From Cyanidioschyzon merolae (taxonomy: Eukaryota), in the NCBI GenBank assembly GCA_000091205.1, contig AP006497.2: a stretch of 64,000 nucleotides of DNA, one strand, 5' to 3'. A program made the position numbers and the translations under genes. The first letter of the stretch is position 1; each line of letters opens with the position of its first letter. Below, piece by piece: positions 45,511 through 55,294 of this stretch. Below the pieces are notes generated by a model. That model was given only the letters and a program-made list of their open reading frames with translations, searched no databases and had not been told where the DNA came from.

Positions 45511-46287
45511 ATGGATACCACCGCCAGCTACCACGTGTTGCTGGTGTTGCTCTCCGTTGAGACTTTTCTCTTCTTTGCAGTTATTGCACAGACAGCAGTG
45601 CAGGAGCCGCTCGCACACGGGAAAATCGCCCGCTTTTTTGGCCTTGCTTTTCTGTCAGAGTCGGTTGCGGGCCTCGCACTTGCAGTTACGCCACTGCTGC
45701 GCGGAAGCGTGTTCCTGCTGGACCTTTTTGCGCTGATCGCTGTTGTGGCGATATGGGCGGGCGCCGCTGTTGCAATCATTGGTGCGGCACACGTTGTTTT
45801 TCCAGAGGATGCGAGACGGGAAGTTCGGGTAGCTCTGGTCGTGCTGTTTGCGTTTGTGTTCGCGTTCGGAACCGCGCGTCTCTATGTCGCAGTAAGTGCC
45901 GCGACACCGGCTTTGCCCCTCTGGTCCACAGACTCGCTGCGGGTGTCTGTTGCGGTTAGCCAGGGCGCTATGGCCAGCGTGGGTGCTGCTTGTGTCCTGC
46001 GAGCGCTGGCTCGACCGAAAATACGGGGCCGGAACGGGGCTTCAGTTTTGCTCCTGGGAACCTTGGTTTGCCTTGTAGGTTCAGTGATTTGGACATGGCT
46101 GTTAGGCAAATGCGAGTTGTCGCAGACGTTGGACAAGGAAGATGTACGGTGTCCGCTTCCACCGGTGTTCGATCACAACGCTCTTTACTGTCTGTTTCTT
46201 ATTGCAGGCAATATTCTGAGTGCAGAAGGCGTCCTGCGTCTTATGGCTGTCGGGGACGGCGCGTTGAACTATGCAGAGATTCCCTGA
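45511..46287 (+). CDS. Multi-pass (about 7 TM) membrane protein of unknown function
   Basis: 258 aa counting from the ATG at 45511; the ORF-track start at 45430 is TTG. It has successive hydrophobic helices, for example FLFFAVIAQTAV, FFGLAFLSESVAGLALAV, LFALIAVVAIWAGAAVAIIGA, ALVVLFAFVFAFG, VLLLGTLVCLVGSVIW and LYCLFLIAGNIL. Confidence 0.6.
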   Translation: MDTTASYHVLLVLLSVETFLFFAVIAQTAVQEPLAHGKIARFFGLAFLSESVAGLALAVTPLLRGSVFLLDLFALIAVVAIWAGAAVAIIGAAHVVFPEDARREVRVALVVLFAFVFAFGTARLYVAVSAATPALPLWSTDSLRVSVAVSQGAMASVGAACVLRALARPKIRGRNGASVLLLGTLVCLVGSVIWTWLLGKCELSQTLDKEDVRCPLPPVFDHNALYCLFLIAGNILSAEGVLRLMAVGDGALNYAEIP

Positions 46288-46863
46288 AGGGCATTGCACT
46301 CCGTTCGCCCTCCGGTGATCCTAAGTCGACTGCTTACCGGTTCCATTGAGCGACAGGGTACATCAGCGAACGATAAAAAATGCATCGTGCCCGTGAGTCG
46401 CGCGCTAAAGACGCTTGGAAACTGCGTCGTACATTGTCGCCCAATGGGCAGCTGCTTGGTTTCGACGCTTGACCGACAATTGGAACCGTACCGCGCTGCG
46501 GGCGTGCATGTGGGTACCTGTTTGTGCGGGCCTTGCGTTCGTCTGGAGACAGGCATGCCGAACATGAAACCAGCCTGTTAGCAGGCTACCGTGTGGAGTC
46601 GCTATCGGACTCGCTGCGATTCCCGGACACAACGCGGCCCGTGTTCTTTTTCGCTGCGAATGCGAGGAATAACACAACCGCTTTGAGGCATCGCAAAACC
46701 AGGCTAGGAGAGTCAAAAGCTACTGACTACCGTCCAGGACGCAGTAAACACTCTCTAGTACTCTTTCTGGTAGAACTAGGGCAGATCGCTGCCTAGTTCA
46801 TTAGCCGCCATTAAGAGGCGCTCGGTATGTTCCCCGGGGAGGCGTGCGGGGTAACCCGATGAC

Positions 46864-47638
46864 GAAAGCGAATTTTTCCATGATGAAACAAGTACCGGAA
46901 GGAATGCGCAGTTTGCATATACTGTCGAGACATACCGATCGATCTACGCTCCCCTTGTGCAGAGCGATGACCCAAGCTCCTCTGCAGGATATCGCTGGGT
47001 CCACAGCACGCCGTGCTCAAGATGCTTTTCTTTGCAAGCACTGGAGACAGGAGTCTCTGGAGGCACGTCCCGTGAGCGGTTTCGTTCGGCTGTGGACTGC
47101 CGTTTCTTCCACAGCGACAAAGGGATGAGGATTTGTGTCTCGAACCGGATCGATTGCTTGCTGACGTTCCAGGTCCAGGGAGTATGCGGCGCGCGCTCCT
47201 GAACACGTCCTCAAGCCACGTCGTCGAGTTTTGGTCTCTCGTCTATCCAGCGGCGTGCACGACCGCGCCCTCGACTTGCCCTGAACTCGAAAGATCCACA
47301 GCATGAAACATGTGTGATTTGCGCACAGTACACGTCATGACATGGGAAGCGTGGCGGCGTGTCCGTATGAACTGCATCACGATAGCGGTTGGTTAGGATT
47401 CCTTGCTCCAGCGTGTCGAGAATCAGCGTGCCTGCTGTAGCATACCGAGAATCCGGCGGCAAAGAGACGATGGAGCCAGTCCGAAAAGGCATCGAAGCAC
47501 CCTAAATTTACGTATGAACCCGAAAGCCCATCTTGCAGCACTGAGCGTGTCGAGTCTATATACCTACAACATTGGACGGGAGCAAAACAATCGAGTCGCA
47601 GAAACAGTGAGGAGTAGAGCGCTCCACCGTCTTCTGAC
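46864..47638 (+). repeat. Dispersed element family, copy C1 (5'-truncated, near-identical to 54192-54966)
   Basis: It matches at a constant offset of 7328, and paired ORF translations are identical or differ by 1-3 aa (about 99% identity). It ends ...CCACCGTCTTCTGAC, 323 bp upstream of the Yip1-domain gene ATG. Confidence 0.88.
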
Positions 47639-47961
47639 ACGAGAGTTGTTCGCGTTCGCAAGCCCTGCAACGGCGGGTTCTCAGCCAGAACCGGCGGTGG
47701 ATCTTGCTCTTCTGCCATAGCGTACTCGTTCAAGTGACAAAAACACGTGCCAGTTGCGTGCGTTTCTCTGTCGCTTCTTGACAGCGGTGCTTACACCCTG
47801 GACTTTTGCTCTGCTTCGTGTTACTCGTGGGTACGGAAAACCAGGGCTGTAACAAGAACGCATTTCCCTACGACCTGTCTGTGTTGGGGAAGCTGCTGGG
47901 CGAGGACGCTGCAGCACCCGGTTCAACGCAGGTGAGCGCTCTCGTCTTGACGCCTTGGAGC

Positions 47962-49194
47962 ATGCAACCAGGCACCGAAGATGATCCGCTTCCGTACTCT
48001 GAAGCAGTAGTTGAGCCACTTACTCTAGAGTATGAAGCTCCAGAGCACGACACTATGCTGGGAAACGGAGAAGCGGCGCGAGCGGGCAGTGCGGGAACCC
48101 CAAGCCGCCCAGCGCATCCCGAGGATGCAGTCAGTTTTCGTTTTGATCCCAAAGTTTGGGAGCAGGTGCACCTGAAGGATGAGAGCAACTTGATTTTTTA
48201 CGAGGGCGGCCTCGACGACGAAAACGACGGCACAGCTGGAGGTTTCGACGAGATTCAGGAGCAGTTTCGGGAATCCGAGGAAATACAGGCCTCTGGGGCG
48301 CATACTCAGTCAAACTCGGCGGAGCACAGTTGTATGAGCGCGCCGTTCTACTTCTTATGGGGTATAATGCTACGCATTCTCCAACCTTATTTCGAAATCG
48401 ATAGTAGCGATGTGATGCTCCGCTTGAGCCGCTCATTCGTACCTATTCGACCACTGCTCGCCGGCGAGCATCACCAGATGAATATGGTATTGCGCCTGCA
48501 CAAAATATGGACCAGGATTCGCCAGTTTTCTCAGGCGCGTTCGCCGGAAACCGCTGAAACTAATGCGACTATCGACAGTGATATCAGCGACGACGAGTGG
48601 ACCTACTCGAGGAGAGCGGACTTGTATGGGCCGTTCTGGATCGCGACCACCTTGATCCTGTTACTCTCGCTGAGCGGGACAGTTTCTCACCTGCTTCATC
48701 GTGCCTCGGTGCATGCTGTACAGACAGCAAAGGCGTCTACAGCTGTGAAACCGGTTTGGAAGACCTCTGAGATTATCCGCCTAACCGTTTCAGCAGCGAT
48801 TATCTATGGATACGAGCTTCTGGCCGCCACTGTGCTTTGGGCGCTGCGGCTTGTTTATCGTTCGCAGGGCCAAGTACCGCCCTGGACTACCATGTTGTGC
48901 GTTGTAGGGTATGCTCAGGGCCCGCTGGTACCGGCGTCATTGCTTGCGCTGTTTCCCTATCAGTTCTTTCAGTTTGTTGTTATGGTTGTTGCTTTTGCCC
49001 TTAGCGTGGGTTTTTTGGCGCGCAACCTGCTAATTGAGCCACTGGCCGGCGCCGATACTAGTCTGGATGCTGGTGAAGCCACGATTACGGAACCTATCTG
49101 GTTGTTGAAGCAGCGTGCACTCGTGCCGGCGCTTGTAGCTGGCTTGCTCCAGATCGGCTTTGCGATCTGGTGCGTACTCTTCATCATTCTGTAA
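47962..49194 (+). CDS. Yip1-domain (YIPF/YIF-like) Golgi membrane protein
   Basis: 410 aa counting from the first ATG; the ORF-track start at 47806 is TTG. It has an acidic cytosolic N-half, then DLYGPFWIATTLILLLSL and four more hydrophobic helices, which is typical of the Yip1 family. Confidence 0.75.
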   Translation: MQPGTEDDPLPYSEAVVEPLTLEYEAPEHDTMLGNGEAARAGSAGTPSRPAHPEDAVSFRFDPKVWEQVHLKDESNLIFYEGGLDDENDGTAGGFDEIQEQFRESEEIQASGAHTQSNSAEHSCMSAPFYFLWGIMLRILQPYFEIDSSDVMLRLSRSFVPIRPLLAGEHHQMNMVLRLHKIWTRIRQFSQARSPETAETNATIDSDISDDEWTYSRRADLYGPFWIATTLILLLSLSGTVSHLLHRASVHAVQTAKASTAVKPVWKTSEIIRLTVSAAIIYGYELLAATVLWALRLVYRSQGQVPPWTTMLCVVGYAQGPLVPASLLALFPYQFFQFVVMVVAFALSVGFLARNLLIEPLAGADTSLDAGEATITEPIWLLKQRALVPALVAGLLQIGFAIWCVLFIIL

Positions 49195-49635
49195 ATGGGA
49201 AAACGCTGAAAACCATATCGGAATCCGAGTATGTGACGAAAAGCGGTGTTTGAACGGGTCCGGAGACGATTCAGGAAGCAAGCAATGCAATGCATTTGGA
49301 TGCTAATGATATCTATGTTTTGACATCGTTGGCCTTCATGCACGCACTAGAATTCCGGTGCGAGGAAGCGGCTCGGGGTCCGTTCTCACTGCAGCTGCAG
49401 TGTCGATTGGATCGAGTCCTTCCGTACAAACAGAAGCGACTCATGGCTGCTGGAGAATGCACTGGTCCTCTGAGCGCGGGCGACACCGGCCCCCAGAAGA
49501 AACAACAACAGAAGACAGAGATGACAGGGAATAGCTCCATTAGCTTTTCTAGATTAGAGACAAAACGTATGGAGTGCCTTGCCGCCGTTGTCTTAGAACG
49601 CTGTTCCGCAGGGGCGTCGGCATCGACAGCCTACG

Positions 49636-49824
49636 GCGTCTTCGATGCCCCTTGCAGACCAAGAATGCGTGACCGCCCGCTGGTATAGGGCGCTGTAGCA
49701 ACTACTTGGAGCGTCTTCGATGCCCCTTGCAGACCAAGAATGCGTGACCGCCCGCTGGTATAGGGCGCTGTAGCAACTGCTTGGAGCGTCTTCGATGCCC
49801 CTTGCAGACCAAGAATGCGTGACC
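49636..49824. repeat. Tandem repeat, 75-bp unit, about 2.5 copies
   Basis: CTTGCAGACCAAGAATGCGTGACC recurs at 49651, 49726 and 49801. The repeat lies in the intergenic region between the Yip1-domain and PMS1 genes. Confidence 0.9.
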
Positions 49825-50294
49825 ACATAACGACGGTGGCCATAGTAGCTGGCGACCGGGCGCCAGTGACAAGTAGACTCGAGGAGTTTTCATGAACAAG
49901 CGTCTTGTTCCGGGGACTGCTGCTTCCTATCCCCCATATACATCCGTATTCCGAAAGAAGCTTCCCATTGGTTTTCGATCACCAAACGCATCTATACATC
50001 TATCAAGTCTAGTATGGGACTGTCCCATCGCGCGTCATGAGCATCGGACATTGCGACTTCATCCTGTGTGGTAGAGCGTGAGCGCCAGAGACACAATGTC
50101 CAGATTTGTGCGCTTTCAAAAAACGCAGCGTTTCGTACCCGGACAACGACCACACCACCAGGAGCGTTTCTCGACCAGTGAGTCGAGCGCCTGCACAAAC
50201 TGGGTTACTCTTCGTCTTTGGAAACAAGAGCAATATGTTTTCTGTATCCTAATGGCGTCGAACGCCCTGTCAACGGCTGCTTTCTTATACCTTC

Positions 50295-52787
50295 ATGCTC
50301 CAGACGCTACCGCCTGAAGTGGTGCGCCACCTCACCAGCGCTCCCGTGGTAACAAGTCTAGCCAGTGTTACCAAGGAACTGGTTGAAAATGCACTGGATG
50401 CAGAGGCAACCCAAATCAGTGTCTTTCTCTCTGGATATGGCCTGGAGTTCATCGAAGTAAGCGACGATGGCTGCGGAATCGCCAAACAGGACCTTGAGCA
50501 GCTCGCGCAACTCCACACAACCTCAAAGCTTCGAGCTTTCGCGGAACTATCGAGCATATCTACGTACGGGTTTCGCGGCCAGGCTCTAGCATCACTGGCT
50601 ATGACGGGTCGACTGGAGATTTCATCACGACCGCGAGATCGGGACGCCTCGGCGGTACCTGGCGTCGCTTTTCGTGCTAGGTACCAGGCTGGTAGGCGCA
50701 TCTCTGACCTGGAGCCCGAGGCGCGTCCCTATGGTACGACGGTGCGCGTATATGAACTCTTTGCATCCATGCCCGTTCGTAGACGGGAGGCAGAGTCTCA
50801 GAAAAAACGAGAACTTCAAAAGGCAATTCAAATCCTGCAGACGTATGCGTTAGCGGCGCCCACGGTGCGCTTTTCGGTTCAGTGGACGCCGAAAGGTCGC
50901 GAACGTCCAACGCTCTGCCTAGCCACACAGGGCAAATGCACGCTCCGTTCGTGCTTCAGCCTGTTGTACGGTGCGGAACAGCTCACGAAGCTGGTGGACC
51001 TCGCGGTAATTGTAAAGTGGCCCACACCGCTGCCCGGTGCCTGCACAGAACCTGAACTCCACATGCGGGGCCTCCTGAGCCGATGTTACCCAGCAGCAGG
51101 GCGCTCTGCCCCAGATCGACAGATGTTGCTACTGCAGGCAAAGCGGCCGGTGCAGTGGACCAGAATGCGCCGAATGTTGGACTCGGAGTTTCGCCAACGA
51201 ACGTGCACTTCGCTCTACCCTGTTTACGTGTTGGCCATCGACCTGCCACCAGATACCTTCGACGTCAATGCGAGTCCCGACAAAACCGAGGTCCTCATTC
51301 ACGACGATGCAGCGGTGGTTGCCTCGGTTCGGGAGGCATTGCGTACATCATGGACACAGGTGGCTGACGTCCGCACCAGGGCCCCATTCTCGGTGCAGAC
51401 TGGAAAGTGCGCCGATGCGCGAGCGAAAGCCCCCGACGATCATCTGCGAGCTGCTCAACTAGCGAATCAGCTGGAATGGTCTGTCACCACAGAACAGAAG
51501 CGAGACACTAGTCAGAGGCTTGTCACAGATGCGAGACCCGCATGCGTCAAGGAAAGTGCTACATCGACGCTCGCTGCGTCGGAAACGACGCTGTCGTCGT
51601 CAGGGATGAGCGCGGGAGTTTGCGTCGCCTCGAGAGCTGAAGTAGAGGCTGCGTCCTTCATCGTCGACCATGTGAAGCCGCACACAACCGAACAGCCATT
51701 CCGTGAATCCCTGCAAGCATCCTCGGCGGCGGTTGCGGCGACGACGGGAGCCCATGAACAATGGGAAACAGCTGAGCCACTTGCTCAGCGATGGACGCAT
51801 CACAACGCTGAGGCTGCCTCTAGCGGAACGGAGTCCTCGGGCACGATTCATAGAAGCGCGGATACGATCCTGAGTGGTGTGAGCGGTGTCAACAGCCACG
51901 AGCACGATCGTGTAGTCGCTCGCGCGTCTGGTGCGTCCATGGAGCGCTGGCTCGCAGTCCACGTCGTAATCGATCCTTTCCAGTGGACGTCATCTGCGAA
52001 TATCTCTCGCAGCTCAGGTTGCGCCCGCGATGCCGACTTGCCGCATGTGGAGCCTATCATTCGTGCCCGTGTTGGTGAGCGTTTGCAATTGGCGTGCCTC
52101 TTGGAAGCCAGTACTCCGAATACGACGGAGGATTGCGTCACAGAATCAAGCACTGAGGCAGACCGGGAACTAGAACAGCGATTTCACAAGCATTGGTTCG
52201 AAGAGATGCGTATCATCGGTCAGTTCAACTGCGGTTTCATCCTCGCAACCTATGGTTCCGACCTTTTCATCATCGATCAGCACGCGGCTGACGAAAAGTA
52301 CATCTATGAGTCATTGGCGAGGGCATTGCGTCCGCGTACACAGAGCATGCTCCAGCCACTTTCGATACCCGCTTCGGCCTCGGAAGAGCTCACGCTCTGG
52401 GAACAGCGCGAAAACCTGGCAGCGCTTGGGTTCGAGCTCGAGTTTCGGTGGAGTGCGCCTCCCACGGAGCGTGTCTGGATGTTGGGAGCTCCCACGGTAT
52501 GTCAGACGGTGCTGGAAGCAACCGACTTGCTAGAGATTGCGCATCAAGCACCGCTCACTGGTCGGGTTGCCGACCTGCTGCGTGCCAGTCGAGTGAAGTT
52601 GCTGCTTGCGACTCGCGCTTGTCGTCGAGCAGTGATGATCGGGATGCCGCTGGATCGTACCCACATGCAGAGTATTGTTGCTCGTTTGGCGACGCTGGAG
52701 CAGCCGTGGAACTGCCCACACGGACGACCGACAATGCGTCATTTAGTACGGGTCTCCGAAATCGGGTTCCGCAGGGCGGTCACCTGA
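50295..52787 (+). CDS. PMS1: DNA mismatch repair protein, MutL homolog of the PMS1 (yeast) / PMS2 (human) type
   Basis: ATG start, 830 aa. The N-terminal GHKL ATPase region reads VVTSLASVTKELVENALDAEAT and TYGFRGQALASL. The C-terminal endonuclease motif is IIDQHAADEKYIYESL, and the end reads WNCPHGRPTMRHL. Confidence 0.92.
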   Translation: MLQTLPPEVVRHLTSAPVVTSLASVTKELVENALDAEATQISVFLSGYGLEFIEVSDDGCGIAKQDLEQLAQLHTTSKLRAFAELSSISTYGFRGQALASLAMTGRLEISSRPRDRDASAVPGVAFRARYQAGRRISDLEPEARPYGTTVRVYELFASMPVRRREAESQKKRELQKAIQILQTYALAAPTVRFSVQWTPKGRERPTLCLATQGKCTLRSCFSLLYGAEQLTKLVDLAVIVKWPTPLPGACTEPELHMRGLLSRCYPAAGRSAPDRQMLLLQAKRPVQWTRMRRMLDSEFRQRTCTSLYPVYVLAIDLPPDTFDVNASPDKTEVLIHDDAAVVASVREALRTSWTQVADVRTRAPFSVQTGKCADARAKAPDDHLRAAQLANQLEWSVTTEQKRDTSQRLVTDARPACVKESATSTLAASETTLSSSGMSAGVCVASRAEVEAASFIVDHVKPHTTEQPFRESLQASSAAVAATTGAHEQWETAEPLAQRWTHHNAEAASSGTESSGTIHRSADTILSGVSGVNSHEHDRVVARASGASMERWLAVHVVIDPFQWTSSANISRSSGCARDADLPHVEPIIRARVGERLQLACLLEASTPNTTEDCVTESSTEADRELEQRFHKHWFEEMRIIGQFNCGFILATYGSDLFIIDQHAADEKYIYESLARALRPRTQSMLQPLSIPASASEELTLWEQRENLAALGFELEFRWSAPPTERVWMLGAPTVCQTVLEATDLLEIAHQAPLTGRVADLLRASRVKLLLATRACRRAVMIGMPLDRTHMQSIVARLATLEQPWNCPHGRPTMRHLVRVSEIGFRRAVT

Positions 52788-53675
52788 TACCTGGGCAATG
52801 CAGATAGATCGTTTGCAGACGATGTATACGGTATGCATGAAGTAACCCGACTTTAGATGCACTCCAGACGAGTGCTGGTTGTATTGGGTCTGCGTGCGAA
52901 TGCAGTGCGGGTTACGAAGGTAGAATCCTTTATGTTTTGTCGTGAAGATTTTCGCCGGCTCGTCTCGCGATGCGTAAAGTTTATGTCAAGAGAAGGGGAC
53001 GAGCCTCATCGAAATGAGGCGCGAACTACTTCTACTTCTACTGATGCTGCTGCTGCTGGTGGTGGCGGTGGCGGCGGTGGCGGTGCTAGGTGCATTGCAT
53101 TCCGGGCCAGATATCGCTATTTAGAACCCGAGTTTCCGTCCTGGAAACTATGCGACAAGATCTCTGAAGACCATGATGAGTGCTCTGTGCATTGACGCAA
53201 GCCAGAGTACGTTCCACGGATGTCAAGGAGGATTGTTCGACCTCAAAACAAACCGTGCTCTGCGCTTTGAACGGAGCACGCTGCAGTGGGTTGCACGGGT
53301 ACATGAAATCAATGTTGGACCTGAAGCAAAATGTTCTTTCGTGCCTGTAATCCAATTCACCCGGTACGAGCGGAATAAGGCGTCTGGGTCTCAGCCGTCG
53401 TAGAAAGGCAGACAGCAAGCTCGATAACCTCGTCGCAGTGCAGACTATGTATGCGCTTACTTCACAAAATATTTAGCGTCACAGACAAGTCATGCTTTTG
53501 TGCCAAAATCGTAGGAAAAAGTTCGATTGCGTTTCCTAAAGAACCAATTCGAGTATCACGAAACAGGTTTATCCAACGCATCCTCACAATCGTGGCAGAA
53601 TGAAGTGAAACGATTTCAACCAGCCTATTCTGGCGTTCAAATGAGTGGTTGAGTATATCCGGCTGTTACCAAAAC

Positions 53676-54966
53676 TGGTCTTTGCGCGCTCGTTCGGTAA
53701 TGTCTTTCGTATACCTTCGGCAAGCTTCTGCGCTGGGTGTGCAGGTCTCCTGTGTCATTCGAGCTTCGGTTTCAGTAGTGGATGGATATTGATGGCAACG
53801 GTAGTGGTACGATGCCGCAATTTCGAGTTGCTGTCGAGGCATTTCATGCACAGAAGGTAGTTGCGATCAACGTTTTGCTCGCCATGATCATCTTCATTGC
53901 AGACAGCTTCGGTGGGCGCTTTGTACCGCTGACGCATGCCTGTGATAAGGTGCCCCCATATGTCCATCGTGCCTCCGTTCCCGATAGCCGCCCTGGGTCG
54001 CGTCAAGGCCAGCATCATCGCTCAGGAACCGTCCTCGAAGCGTACAGAAGGTGTCAGTGGATACCCGCTCCCGTTTCCGCGCCCGTTGCCGTGCCCTACA
54101 ACCATGTGCTTCTTCTGGGGGATCCACTCCTCGAGTACGCTCTCCACTGCACACGAAAGCGCATGATGTGCTTTGCAGTTGTGGATTTGCAGAAAGCGAA
54201 TTTTTCCATGATGAAACAAGTACCGGAAGGAATGCGCAGTTTGCATATACTGTCGAGACATACCGATCGATCTACGCTCCGCTTGTGCAGAGTGATGACC
54301 CAAGCTCCTCTGCAGGATATCGCTGGGTCCACAGCACGCCGTGCTCAAGATGCTTTTCGTTGCAAGCACTGGAGACAGGAGTCTCTGGAGGCACGTCCCG
54401 TGAGCGGTTTCGTTCGGCTGTGGACTGCCGTTTCTTCCACAGCGACAAAGGGATGAGGTTTTGTGTCTCGAACCGGATCGATTGCTTGCTGACGTTCCAG
54501 GTCCAGGGAGTATGCGGCGCGCGCTCCTGAACACGTCCTCAAGCCACGTCGTCGAGTTTTGGTCTCTCGTCTATCCAGCGGCGTGCACGACCGCGCCCTC
54601 GACTTGCCCTGAACTCGAAAGATCCACAGCATGAAACATGTGTGATTTGCGCACAGTACACGTCATGACATGGGAAGCGTGGCGGCGTGTCCGTATGAAC
54701 TGCATCACGATAGCGGTTGGTTAGGATTCCTTGCTCCAGCGTGTCGAGAATCAGCGTGCCTGCTGTCGCATACCGAGAATCCGGCGGCAAAGAGACGATG
54801 GAGCCAGTCCGAAAAGGCATCGAAGCACCCTAAATTTACGTATGAACCCGAAAGCCCATCTTGCAGCACTGAGCGTGTCGAGTCTATATACCTACAACAT
54901 TGGACGGGAGCAAAACAATCGAAACGCAGAAACAGTGAGGAGTAGAGCGCTCCACCGTCTTCTGAC
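53676..54966 (+). repeat. Dispersed element family, copy C2 (full length). The near-identical core shared with C1 is 54192-54966.
   Basis: 54192-54966 matches C1. The part left of 54192 has no match in C1 but aligns to copy A; for example TCCATGATGAAACAAGTACCGGAAGGAA at 54205 matches TCCACGATGAAACTTGTGTCGGAAGGAA at 10196. It starts TGGTCTTTGCG at 53676 and ends ...TCTGAC 328 bp upstream of the DEAD-box gene ATG. Confidence 0.8.
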
Positions 54967-55294
54967 GCAGGCGTGTCGCGCAGCCACCGTCGCAGGCGCT
55001 TCGAGTGCAGCAACAACTTGTTGTCTCTGAGCCGAGTTATCGGGCAGTTTCCACAAGCGCTGCTTTCTTCGTAGTGACTCTTTGCAGTCTGTCATCAGAT
55101 ACCTGGTTGACTCCGCAACGAGTAAGCCTACGACACAGCAGTAGTCGACTAAAGTGCACGAGCGCTCTGGTCCAGTGAGACGGTTCGTGAACCAGCCGAA
55201 GGTTGACGTCAGATAAACGCAGATTCCAGAAACGAGAGCCCCACAGGTCGTTGTGCTCAGCTCTGTGCTCGACATAGCAGCTGCAGTTTTTGCA

